In this document: piece by piece, positions 1 through 12,339 of the stretch | How positions within the stretch are numbered: position 1 is the first letter of the stretch | How the letters are laid out: each line of letters begins with the position of its first letter | Source: Camelus ferus | Taxonomy: Eukaryota | Direction: 5' to 3' | Assembly: GCF_009834535.1 (NCBI RefSeq) | Contig: NC_045698.1 | Coordinates: 9,550,001 to 9,614,000, forward strand | Length of the DNA: 64,000 bases | Notes under the pieces: model-generated | What the model was told of the DNA's origin: nothing | The model's database searches: none | What the model saw: only the letters and a program-made list of their open reading frames with translations | Program-made: the position numbers and the translations under genes

Positions 1-1977
1 AGGCAAGGGAGAAGAGGGAAAGAGTGTGAAGATGGAATGATGGTGGCTCAGCTGGCTCTCTCAACTGACACGTCTGTAAGCTTCTTGGAAAAGAAATTGG
101 CACAATCACTTGCAGTACTCAGAACTCAAAATGTGGGATTGTTAGCATCTTTTCTCATCATCCAGGGTCCAAATGGTGAATTCCCAATAAAGAGAATTCC
201 ACTCAGTCCCTAACAATATCAGTTTACACTATTCTCTTACCTAAAAACCAGTTTATAGGACCAGATTATGCACTTGACCATCAAACACTAACATAATATC
301 TTTTAATAGAAAGATTATTTGGGTTGAATTCTAAAGCTCTGGTTTCTAATTCTGTCCATCGCCTTGGATAAATTGCAGGCTACAAGTCTTAGCTTTATTT
401 TATAAAAGAAAAAGAAGTACCTTGCAATGTTGTTGTGAGAATCAAGCAGATACCATATCTCCAAGGGCTTTCAAAGTACCATACAAGTGGTACCCAAAGC
501 GCTACTCCCTTCCCCTCCATCACACTGAAGGAAAGATTAACTGTTTTGTATTGATCAAAATTTGTGTCTTTGACAATTTTCACAATTCCAGTATAGATTC
601 AAAGGTATTCATGCTTCTTCCAATCCTGTACAATGACATCATTCTTCAGCCAGACTCAGGATGAGTAAGATCAATATTTTGACAAATAGGATCCCCATTC
701 AAAATGCTATGAGGCAGGGTTGAATTATAGCCTGCATCCCCTTTTCCCACGTGTACATTTAAGTAACAGGCGATGTATTCCATGAGCTGAGTGGATGATT
801 AATTGTCATTACTTATAAGGAGACAAGAATTGTCTTTACTGAGGGTACTATTTAAGCACCATTAAAAAAAAAACAGGTGTTATCTAAAGAAGCAATTAAA
901 CCTTTTAGCTAAATGTTGCCAGAAAGGACAACTTAGCATCAATTACTTAAACAATGTTTTCACTCTTTTAAATACATCTTTCAAATTTTAAAAGGGCAGT
1001 ATTTTGGTTTCACAATGAGTCAATTTACTGTGATTAATTCATAGTATGTCAGGAGAACTGCACTAAGTTCCGTTCAAAATTAGTAATTCTTTGAGGGACA
1101 TTTTGAGATTTATTGTCATGGAGGCTCTTGCTTGCTAACATGTTCTTTTGAACATTTAATGCCAAAATTAATGTTTCAAGTGCAGTATGATTCAGAAACA
1201 TCTGCCTAACCCATGTTTTAAAACAAAGTAAAATTACCTTTTTGAGTAAAAGAAATATAGGTCCTATTTGCTGGTAATCTTTGGACCTATGTCCCTATAA
1301 AAGAAATATGGTGGTGCTTTCAGACAAGAGTATTAATTAGGCTTCTTAATATTCAAAATCAATTACCAATTCTGTATCTCACACACCAGATAAATAAAGC
1401 ATATAGTGATTTTTCTCTTTGGTGAAAATTACAGAGTATTAAAAGTTCAATTGCCCAAGAAAACTCAAATATGAGTTGTCTCAATATAGGACTTCACCTT
1501 TCTTGAGATATATTAAAACATACAGTAAGGGATATGGTAATCTACCCTTCTATGCTAAGTTATATCACTATATTAAAATATGACAAATATATTTCTTCTA
1601 TGGGTCTAATATTTCCCCTTTGTGCCCAGCACATTAGTAAACTTTCAGCCACTTTTTGTCATGTCAAAATCTCCTCCTGATGGCAGCTTACTTACCCAAA
1701 ACGTCCTGCTATCCCAATTGAAGGAGAACAACACTAACTCTTCCAGAGCTCAGGAATCCAGGTTTATGGTAGACGGGTCTTTCTACATCGCAAAGCAAGA
1801 ATACAAAGGGGTTAGCCCATCCACAACATGTTAGGGAGAACAGAAAGTTAAACTCCGGGAAATAAACACAAGCATTGAAACTACATGGACACTGAAGAAT
1901 TTAGAGTTGAACTGAGTTGGCTTGCAAACAAGACCAGGCTGGGAATAAAATGAGGAGGATACAGGTGAGTAATGAAG

Positions 1978-2075
1978 GCCTATTCCCAGCTCCTGTTAGA
2001 GTTCCTGGTACATGATGAGGGCTCAGTAAATATTTGATGAGTGAAGGAGGGAATGAAAGTATAAGTGAATGAGTG
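1978..2075 (+). mobile_element. L2 LINE 3' end fragment
   Basis: 'tattcccagctcc...cctggtacatgatgagggctcagtaaatatttgatgagtgaa' resembles the L2 3' terminus with its (TGAA)n-like tail. Confidence 0.55.
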
Positions 2076-2835
2076 GAAGTTCAACTGGCTAAAAATGTGA
2101 TGGTTATTCCCATCTAGAGCTTTATTCACCTGGTCACATCGTATAAACACACAATCAGAAAAAATAAAAGCAACAACACTGGGTAACCACCTACTGCGTT
2201 TGGAATCATTCCTTTTGAGTCTTTTTGTGACAGAACACCCTGTTTTTCAGCCTCTGTTTTTAGGTTCTCTTTTAGGCTTTGTTAGCCAGAGTCCTGGCCA
2301 ATGCTGCCAGATTCTCAAACCCAGCTTGTTTAGCTTCAGTCTGTGTCCCTGAAAATCAGTGTCCTATTGCATTTGTGTAACACCAAAACATGGCAACTTC
2401 CTTTCTGGGAAATCCTGACCCTGCTTTCCTCCTAACTTTTACCTGAGCATCTTTTCCTTTATCTTTAATGTCTCCTCCTACTTCAATTTCCAGAAAGTTC
2501 TCCCCCTTGTAAACCTTGGTTTATAAGGAACTGCTGGCAGATAAGTTTCAAGAGTACGAAAGAGCCACTCCAGCCCCTTATGCTCATCCGACCACTGACT
2601 TCTTGCTTTCCCCAGCTACTGGAAAAGGTAGCTCTCCTCCCAAGTTCAGCTGCTGCTGTAAAATCCACCTGCTGCACTTCCAATACCTGTTGGTTATTTT
2701 GTGATTTTTCTGTTCCCATGATCATCATGTGCTACCTCGTCTTCCTCACATATGCATGCCAACACCATACAGGACTTGGGGCTGCCACTAATCTGTCCCT
2801 ACTCATTTGTATCTTTGGGGTTCATAGTGTTATGT

Positions 2836-3421
2836 TGTATAGAATATGATACTTTTCAAAGATGGCTGCAACAGTATCTATCTGTCTAAATGCTCACGTT
2901 ACAACATAGCATTGACACCATTCCTCCTGAGAGGCAGGGTCTATGTCCTCTCTCCTTGAAGCAGGACTGGCTTTTCTAACTGAATTTTTAAGTAGAAGAT
3001 GGCAGAAATGTCACTACTGTCTTCTGAAGCTAGGCCATGAAGGACCGTAAGGTTTCTGCCTTGCTGGATGCAATACTCTTGAAGCCTTTAGCAGGAACAT
3101 AAGTACATCGTCTGACTTCCCAGAGAATATCATGCTCTGAGGAAACCCAATCTAACCCACTTAAAGAGACTACATGAAATGACCCTGACACCACATGAAG
3201 AGAGCAACTTGCCTGCCGCGTCCTTAGCTGCTTCAGCACCTCACTGGTCCAGATCTAGCCATCATCTGACTGCAACCTCATGAGAGACCCCAAGCCAGAA
3301 CTACCCAACTGAGAGGTTTCCAAATTTCTGGTCTACAGACATAACCAGGGATAATAAAATATGGCTATTAAGCCACTTCATTTTGGGGCAATTTGTTATG
3401 CAGCAAGTGATAACTAAAACA
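2836..3421 (+). mobile_element. MaLR LTR, MLT1F/G/H-like
   Basis: 'caaagatggctgcaaca', 'gggtctatgtcctctccttgaa', 'tgactgcaacctcatgagagaccccaagccagaac' and the end 'ttaagccacttcattttggggcaatttgttatgcagcaagtgataactaaaaca'. Confidence 0.75.
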
Positions 3422-4199
3422 CCTTGTCACCTAGTTTTGTTGTAAATATTGGCCATGGGCTTTTGAACGTGCTATGTTTTATTAGTTTTACATGGAGACT
3501 TGAAAAGATTGTAAAACTGTGCTACCACAGCTACTCTCTTCCCAGAATCCCCGTCAGAGAATTTTTAAGAAGTTGTTAAGGGTGACGTTAATGTCCAGCC
3601 TGATTTGAGAACCACTTGCTTAACATAACCTGGCTTGAATACCCAACTCTCCATTTGTGCAGTCAGATTGGTATCTGGGCTTTTCTCTTGGTTTATGTGA
3701 CCTGATTGCTCTACGATGCACCATGAAGTGAGAGAAATTGAGCTGATCAGCAGTAGAGTAGACTTACACACCTCCTTGCAGTGCTTCTGCAAATTTACCT
3801 GCTGAGAATTTGATTGGTACTCAGCATAATTTCTGTGGGCCGTGATTGGCCTCTCCTAGTCAATTTTCTTCCCATTGTTTTGTAGCTGATGGATATCTCA
3901 AGTGAATTAATGGGGGTGAAATCCATAAATGATAATATAAATGTTTTCTCTTCTATATACATATTTACAGTGGCGAGTTTCTTGTGTATTTAAAACTATT
4001 ACACTATTTATAAGTCACATTGATATGATAAATGAGTTATCTTGTGCAGAATGTTTCTAAGTCCAAAAAAATTGACAATAGTTATGGGAAATTGTCATAT
4101 CTTGCAATTCAACTAAGTGGGATAATTTGTATTTTTTCCCTAAGTATTCACTTCTTTTCTCATCATGAACAGAGTATACTTTATCATGTTATTTATGTT

Positions 4200-4570
4200 T
4201 AGTCTGATCCTACAACTATTATGGCCAATGGAATGTTCCTAGACATGGCATCAGCAGAGGCCTCACAGAGCTCTGGTTTTACCTTCCATTCCCATAAGCC
4301 CCCCAAGCAGATCTTGCACCAGGTGATCATTGCCCCTTCAACCTGGACCCCACAACAAACACCTGCATAGCAAGCGTGACTCAACCCACTGCTTGGATCC
4401 AAGCCCAGCCAACCCACATCTTGAAGCTGAGCCACCCATCCTAGATTAGCCAAACTGCAGTTCCTCTGCAGAGCTGTCAGCATAATAATGAATGTTTGTT
4501 TGGGGGACCACTGAGTCTTTGCATAATTTGTTAATTAATGTTGTTATGGGAGCATTTGACCAAAATACCA
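4200..4570 (+). mobile_element. old MaLR LTR fragment (MLT1-like)
   Basis: 'gccacccatcctagattagccaaac...aatgaatgtttgtt...ccactgagtctttgcataatttgtta' resembles an MLT1 3' half. Confidence 0.5.
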
Positions 4571-4599
4571 GGTATAGTCAGATCATAGTTAATTGGATA

Positions 4600-4792
4600 T
4601 AGACCAAACCAGCAAACTACAGCCCACAGGCCAAACCCACTCTGAGGCTAGTTTTTATAAATAGCTTTATTTTTGTATTGTCTATGGCTGCTTTTATGCC
4701 TCAGTGGCAGAGTATATTAATTATGACAGACGGTACACAAAACTTAAAATATTTACTGTCTGGGTCTTTACAGAAAATGTTGGTCAACTAAA
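4600..4792 (+). mobile_element. hAT-Charlie DNA transposon, MER58-like
   Basis: 'cagcaaactacagcccacaggccaaa...tattgtctatggctgcttt...taaaatatttactgtctgggtctttacagaaaatgttg' matches recalled MER58A hallmarks. Confidence 0.75.
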
Positions 4793-4914
4793 AATAGAAG
4801 AATCATTCATACATGGAGTGATTAGAACTAAGCTCACCTATTCAGAAAATACAGGTGCTGGAAGAGAACCCAGTAGGGGTTTAGGGGAAGTTTATTGTGG
4901 CAAAGAACAGCTCT

Positions 4915-5360
4915 GATAGGTTTACCTTTGGTCCCAGTTCATTTCTCCCTGCATCTACTTTCTTTGCTTGCTGACTTTGCAGTTCTTCCCACTAAAGGTA
5001 GAGAGAATACTCCTTTGCCCCTTAGCTTTGGCCATGTGACTTGCTTTTGCCAATAAAATGAACACTGGGTGACTGGTACCGAAAGTGTCCATGCTAAGCC
5101 TAGAGTGTAAGAGTCTTGTTATCTTTCTTCTGGCCCTCTTGCTTGGCCCTCATCTTACCCAGCTAGCCTGCTGAGCCAAGGGAGAAGGTAAGAGACACAT
5201 GTAAGCAAAGCTTCCCCAGCTAAGGTAAGGCTGCGCCTTAGATCAAATGAGCACCCATTGCATCAGATGTGTGTGAGGCAAACAAATAGATACAGCTACA
5301 TGCTACTGAGCTTTTATTGTGCTTTATTGTAGCATCATTACAGCCACAATTAATTGATTG
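4915..5360 (+). mobile_element. MaLR LTR, MLT1I/J-like
   Basis: 'tgactttgcagttcttcccactaaagg', 'ggccatgtgacttgcttttgccaat' and the end 'tgctactgagc...tgtagcatcattacagccacaattaattga'. Confidence 0.6.
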
Positions 5361-5830
5361 TACTAGGCAAAATTTTAAGATGGCTTCTAAGATTTTGCAC
5401 ACCCTGGTATACACACACTGCATAATTCCAGACTCTGAATATGACTCATTTTATTTCTGCAGTTAGATTATATTATATGGTACAGTTGTCATTAAGAAAG
5501 TAGGTTATGTGCATAGTACTAACCTAAGCATGTGAGTCCTTTAAGTCTGGATCTAGGAGTCGGTGTTTGGAAACACAAGAAGGATCTGATGTGTTGTTAC
5601 CGGCTTGAAGATGGAGGGAGCCAAGTGGCAAGAAAGGCAGGTGGTCTCTAGAAGCTGAAAGTGGTCCCCTGACTGACAGCCAACAAGGAAACAGGGACTT
5701 CAGCCTTGGAACCACAAGGAACTGGATTCTGCCAACAACTTGAAGGAGCTTAGAAGCAAATTTTTCACCAGAGCCTTAACATCAGGACTTAGCAAAGATA
5801 ACACCTTGATTTCAACTTTTGTAATATCCT
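5361..5830 (+). mobile_element. MaLR LTR, MLT1D/E-like
   Basis: 'taagatggcttc', 'ggcttgaagatggagggagcc', 'tctagaagctgaaagtggtcccctgactgacagccaacaaggaaacagggacttcag', 'aaggaactggattctgccaacaacttgaaggagctt'. Confidence 0.8.
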
Positions 5831-6274
5831 GAATCCATAGTAAATACCCATCTGTTTTTAAATTATTTTAATAACACCATTAGTAGCTTGTCATCCAATT
5901 CAGTCATCAGTGTTGAAGCAGACAAACAGACAACGAAGTAATGATTAACTCTAGAATGTCCAACAAATGTTTGATGAACAACTTAATTAATTACTGCATC
6001 TGGGAGCTTGAAAGTAGTTCTGAGCCTTCAAAAGGCGATAATGTCTGCCTCTGGGAAGCAAAAGGGATGAAGTGCCTAGAATCTAGCCTGTGGTTATAGG
6101 AAATGAGAGTGTTACTTGATGATATAATTGGAGTCCATACTCTGGAGAATTATAACTGCAAACTTCAACATAACTGTATCTCTCATATAATACATCTCAG
6201 TTAATTTTATTCAACAGTAAGAATACTGGATTACAATGGAAATATTTATTTCCAAGATTCTATTTATAAGACAG

Positions 6275-6676
6275 AGCTATAGGTTAAATTTTATCTCCCC
6301 TCACCTCAAATTTCATGTTAAAGTCCTAACCCCCAAGACCTCAAATGTAACTATATTTGAAGACAGGATTTTTAAGAGGTCATTAAGTTAAAAATGAGGT
6401 CATTAGCACGGCACTAATCCAGTATGACAGGTGTCCTTCAAAGAGGAGGAGATCAGGACACATACGCACACTGAAGGAAGACCATGCCACCACAGGAGAA
6501 GATGGCCATCTACAAGCCGAAGAGAGAGGACTTGGAAGGAATCAACCCAGTTGGCTCCATGGTCTCAGACTTCTAGCCTCCTGAACTGTGAGGAAATAAA
6601 CTTCTCTTATTTAAACTGCCTGTTTAAGCCACCTGGTCCATGATGCTCTGTTAAGGCTGCCGGAGCAAACTACACA
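6275..6676 (+). mobile_element. MaLR LTR, MLT1B-like
   Basis: 'gtcctaacccccaagacctcaaatgtaactatatttgaagacagg', 'gagaagatggccatctacaagcc', 'cttctagcctcctgaactgtgaggaaataaa'. Confidence 0.85.
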
Positions 6677-7794
6677 GACTCAATTCAAGTGTATGTTAGT
6701 CTAATTTGGAGAATTTTCACCTGATTAAAAAAATACAGCTTTCCATTCTAATGGTAATGCCTCATGGATCCTTTCCAAGAACTCAACTTTAGAATGCTGA
6801 AATCTCTCATATTTCAACTTGAATCTGCCTGCATGGTAAAACTCTGCCTCCAGAAAGTTTCAGGCTCTTATGTTTAGAGCCAGACAGCACCCCTCGGCTG
6901 CATGTGGCCTGGTGTAAGAGATCTCGGACTGCGTCAAATATACTGAACAATGCTTCAGTCATTTAAATATACGCATGAATGTATTACATGAATATCAAAA
7001 ATGGAGCTTCCTTGTCATGCCGTAAACTAATGGTTTTCATCATTTTCACATAACAGCCTCACACAAAGAAATCTGTTTTCCAATCTAAGTGTCATATGAT
7101 TAGCATATAGCACTTGTAATCAGTTCTTTTTGCGTTCCTTTACTGAACTATATTTGCCATCTGCAGGCTCACTAAAAAGTCATCAGTCCTTTCAGCCAGG
7201 CTACATTGCACTTTGGTCTTGACATCACTTTGAAACACTGACGATACAAATATTCTGTTTTGAATGCTATTGAATAAATCATTATGCGGGGGTCCAGGCA
7301 TTTGCCAGGTTTGAGGTACTTTGCCGAAATTCTCGATAACTGGAAATATATGACTTTGTGTCCAACTCAATCAGATTCTTTGGTCCATGAGTCAGTGATT
7401 ATTGATATGCTGATGAGCAAGGTTGAGAAGAAATATGTTAGACTGGAAGCAGACTCTTCCATTTAAGTCTCTCAACAATAGTGAGGTACATGAGGAAGGT
7501 CAGGAAGCTGAAGCCCAGGAAATAATGAGACCAAGTAAAAAGCTGAGACAAGAACACAAGGATGTTCAATGGCAAAGTTCACATCTTTGTTTTTCTGTGC
7601 CTTGAGTTCATGTCTATAAAACTGGTAATGTAAAGATGTTGGACCGAGGTCTTATCCAATCTAATGTTGGAAGATTTCAGCATTCAGAGAATAGGAGAGG
7701 GTCAAAATAAAAAATACACATACTGTTGAGGTTATGATCCAATACCTGGATCTCCGTGATAGCATATTTGTAAAACCCAGGCCCTGTAAGATCA

Positions 7795-7910
7795 GGCAGA
7801 CCTATGCTCAAGTCCTGAATCTGTTACTCTGTTATTAACTGAGTTTGAACAAGTTTCCAGTATCTCTCAGTTGCAATTTCCTCATCTATAAAATGGGGAT
7901 GATTGGCCAA
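7795..7910 (+). mobile_element. MIR SINE fragment
   Basis: MIR core 'ctcagttgcaatttcctcatctataaaatggggatgat'. Confidence 0.7.
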
Positions 7911-9952
7911 GATTATGGTCTTTATTAGCCTAATATTTCAGACCGTGGAAATTGGGAAAATCTGTAACTAAAAAGTAATCAGGAAAACCTATATCATGGG
8001 ATTAATTTGTAAAAAAAAAAAAAAAAACTCCTTGCTGTGTCCTATCCCTTGGTTGATGATGTTTGTTGCCTCCATTTTCTGGATTATTCTGCAAATAGGA
8101 TCTAAAATATCATTGACCATAAAGAAACCCTAATCTAGCAAATATTGAGAAATCTCAGAAGAAAATATCTGTATAAATTTGGAGTTGGCATGATTAAGAA
8201 AGACAAAGTATAAAATATCAAATATATGTCAGTAAATTAGCCATCTTTGATGGATTATAGCTAGTGCAAAAAAATGAGATATTTACTTAATGATTTGCTT
8301 TAAAGTGTTAACAAACTATCTTGAAATCTTGAAAAATGGGGATGATAATAGTCCATGCTTCATGGTATTTTTTAAATATTAAATTAGATAATTCGCTTAA
8401 GTCCTTGTAAATATAATGTGTGTGATAATATTAAATGTTATTGTATTATTACTTTTCTTATGCCCCTCTGTTAATAATATTGATGAGGGATGGCATGCAG
8501 ACAGAATTAAATATTGTTTAGGCACCATTTTATAAGGAATTTTGTTTACCCTTGGTTTTAGTTTACTGGTTCAAAAGACAATGATTTTACCCAGCTCAGG
8601 TCTCCTCATAAACAATACACAGGGCAACCTACTATTCTATTGTAGGGCTTATAAAGACAGAGAGATATTAGTCAAAAATGAACTCATTCTATGGAATTCA
8701 ATATACATAATGATCTAACCATCCAATGCAATTAAATATCGAGAGATACAGGTAGACATATGTACATGGTCACAGGAACTATAGTTAATGGGCACATGAT
8801 GGTGCAGAGTGGTTCTGAAGCTAATCAGAAATTCATGCCAATTACTTTATTAGAAAGCCCTTGATCACGAAAGGAGAGGGTAAAATCTCCGTTCTTCAGA
8901 TATTGGTTTCTGCATCATCCTCTGATTTCATGACTGCAGCCAACACTAAAACATCTATGTGAGTCACCTTACTTAATGCAGAATTAGTCACTTCCAAAAT
9001 GAGAAATTGCACACCAATGGCAAAGAATCCGAGGTCCCCTGGTCTTATCCTGCTCACACATGTTCAGATTCACTTCTCTGGCTCTAGACAGTTCTCTGCT
9101 TTCTCTTTCATATGTCTCATATATTCAGGGAAGCACTGGTATCAGGGAAGGCGGGTGTCACTCTCCAACACTGGGCACTCATGCTGTGGATTTGTTGTTA
9201 ACAAAACCTACTATAAAAACACCTAGAAAAAATATCTACTATGTTTTTCTTGTTGCCTTTAGACAGGAGAAAGGATAACTTTGAACCCAGGAAATATTAG
9301 CACATTATTCATATAACCTTTGCTTCCTGGCGCTCCATCTCTTTCAAAGTCACCCTCCCTCAGTAGCTGCAGGAACTCAGTTTAAAGATTATCCATTGGC
9401 TGTCAAAGCAGGAATTTTACTGTTACTTTTTCTATGGCCAGTTACATATCAATTGTTCTGTATCTCTCTGTGTCAATCTTTTGTTTACGCTTGCTTTTCT
9501 TTAAATAAAATTTTTGTTCTAAAGTTTAATGGTAAGATCCAAGGTGCCACTTTCCATTTAGTGCCTTCAAAGAACTAAGGCAGTGATGGCTGAGCTGTGC
9601 TGTCCTGCCATAACAGGACTACAACAGTGAGTATCCATAACCGTCTTTTCAGCCTGACCCAACCTGAACACAGTTACCTGAAATAGTCTGCAAGCTTGCT
9701 TGATTTACAGCAAATTATACCCATAGCTTCCCTTCAATGTACCCATCTAGACCACTGCAAGGCACCCACTCATTTATACTGAGGTGTATTAAACACTGCC
9801 AATGTCTCTAGATTAGGGTGCATTAAAAAAAATAGTAGAAACTTTAAACAAAGGTAGCTAGAAGCCAGTTGGAATGATGTTCTGTAGTTCTTTTATTCTC
9901 TGCTCAAAACAGTGTAAGCAAATTTACATATTATCACACTGATTTTATTTCT

Positions 9953-10476
9953 TGTAATAGTTTTCCATTGCTGCTCTAATAAATTATTACAAACTTTTGG
10001 TTTAAAACAACACAAATTTGTTCTCGTTTTTATTTTTTTACAGTTCTGGAGATGAAAAGTCTGAAATGAGTCTCACTGGGCTAAAATCAAGGTGTTGACA
10101 GGGTTCATCCTTTCTGGAAGCTCTGGAGGAATCTGTTTCCTTGCCTTTCGTATCTCGTAAAGATTACCCGCATCCCTTGGCTCACGACCCTTCTCCAGTT
10201 TCAAAGCCAGTAACATTGGGCTTTCTAGTCCCTCTCAGGCCTCTGCCTCTAGTTATTTTCTGCCTATCTCTTCCCCTTTTAAGGGCCTTTGTGTTCACAT
10301 GGGACTAACCCAAATAATCCAGGACAATCTCACAATCTTCCTATTTTAAAGTCAGCTGATTAGCGGACAATCTTATCTGCAACCTTAACTCCCCTTTGCC
10401 TTGTAATCTAGCAATTGCATAGGTTCTGGGGATCAGGATGTGAGCATCTTTGGGAGCCATTATTCTGCCTACCGTA
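9953..10476 (-). mobile_element. MaLR LTR, MLT1C/D-like
   Basis: 'ttaaaacaacacaaattt...cagttctggag...aagtctgaaatgagtctcactgggctaaaatcaaggtgttgacagg...gccattattctgcctacc' is the antisense MLT1D pattern. Confidence 0.85.
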
Positions 10477-12197
10477 CCTTTTTATGTGTGTGATTAATTA
10501 TTTCAAAAGTTTAAGTAGTTTTGACACCCAGTTCTAAGGAGAAGCAGACCCAAAGAGTTTTATCTAAAATGAACAAACTATTTCAAAAAATCAGTGCAGG
10601 GAGGCCTGGCTCCCTTTATCATTGCCTTTGGATAGAAATGATCTATGGAGATGAAGTCAAGACATAATTTCATTTCCCCAATGACAGTGGATCCAACAAG
10701 CCAAATGCTCACTCCCCATAGCAATATGAAGTATCAAACTATCATAATTATCTGAAAATGTTTTCTCAAAGGAACTTTGCAAAGTTATAATTATTGTAAC
10801 TTTTTATTAATCTAATTGCACTAATGTGACATTCTTTTTTCTTAAGAAAGTAACAGTAAGTTTTAGTGTGACTTGCTTGAGAATAATAGCTTGTCAAATC
10901 TTATTTCTATCTTTTTTCAAGAAAAAAAAAATTTTAAACACTTTAATGAGAATTGAGTTTTCAGGGAATAAGTAAGACTCGACTCTATAAGGTAGACTTT
11001 GAGTGAGGCTCTCCCAACACATAAAAAAAAAAAAAAAAAAGAACTTTTAAAATACCCTAAAATTAGTACAGTCCATCTGAATGATAGTACATATCATCAC
11101 ATAAAACCTATTGGCAGAGACTCAGGTTTTTTAAAAAATCATAAGTTACATAACATTTAAAAAGCTTTACTTACTGGGAAACTTTAATTTTGAAGATAAA
11201 CAGGAAATTGCAAATCATATTAAAATACCAAGGATTGCAAGTCTAATTCAGACCATAAGCACGTGAAATTCAAATGTGGCACTGCTCATCACTCTTTGTG
11301 CGTTCTATATAAAGTGTTGTCACAGAAGCTTCTTGGTCTGAGGAGAAATTCAGAAGATTTGAAACTAAACAAACACTTGCTTACTTACCAACTTCCACCC
11401 TGAAGGAGTACAGTCTGGCTAATGAATTTGTCCTCAGCAGTTTGACATTCAACAAGATCCTAAAAGTCAAAATAGTGGTCTTGCTCTCATTAATACCTTG
11501 TTCCTCAATTGGAAGCACACACAGGAAATATTGTCCTGATATCTACTGGAATTTTTTTACATTAAAGTAAAACCTACAGAAGGATAGGTGGCATATCTAG
11601 AAAAAAATGTTTGTACCATCTTCCTACCCATAATGCATGGAGTGATAGGACCCTCTCACTTCCCCCTCAGCACCTACTTCATCCATGCCTGATATCTGCC
11701 CAAAACAAACATGTGTCTTTGAGCAAGTATTGTCCTCTAGAGAGTGCCCTTTTTAAAATGAAATATTCCTGAGATTAATGATACGATCACAAGATAAATT
11801 ATAATAATGATAATAAATTCATAATAATAACAATTAAAATATGCTGAGTGGTTACCATTTAACTGGCACCGTGTTAACACACAAACCACGCCATCAGGGC
11901 TTCCCTATTTTTCCTGTGAAGCAGGTTCCATTAAGGCTCTTGGTTACAAACAAAAGAAATCAATCTGATTGGTGTAAGTAAGAAAGTAATGTTCATAGAA
12001 ACCACCCCAGGGAGAGTACAACTAAAATTGCTTGGTAAAACTTTTTTTTTAAAAAAGCATATTTTAAAAGTATTAATGAGCTGGTTGGAAGTAACACAGG
12101 ACAAATTCATAGGTACCCGATCATTAAGAGTTACAGTTTGTGACCAGATTTCTGGTGATCTATAGTGACATAAAGATTGTCTGTGAAGGGACCCAGG

Positions 12198-12320
12198 AAA
12201 GAAAAGAAATGAAAAAAGGAGAAAAAAAGAAAGAGAAAAGAGACAGAGAGAGAGAGGAAGAAAGCAAGGAAGCAAGGAAGGAAGGGGAGAAAAAGGTATA
12301 AGAATTAGAAAAGAAATATA
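12198..12320. repeat. GA-rich low-complexity tract
   Basis: Runs of (GAAA)/(GA)/(GGAA); explains the F/S/L-rich minus ORF 11931-12353. Confidence 0.85.
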
Positions 12321-12339
12321 ACACTTACTGGCCACTGAT

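Noticed and set aside
1060..1071. 7SL-like string gcactaagttc
   Set aside because: Only ~11 nt of similarity and no flanking 7SL/Alu sequence.
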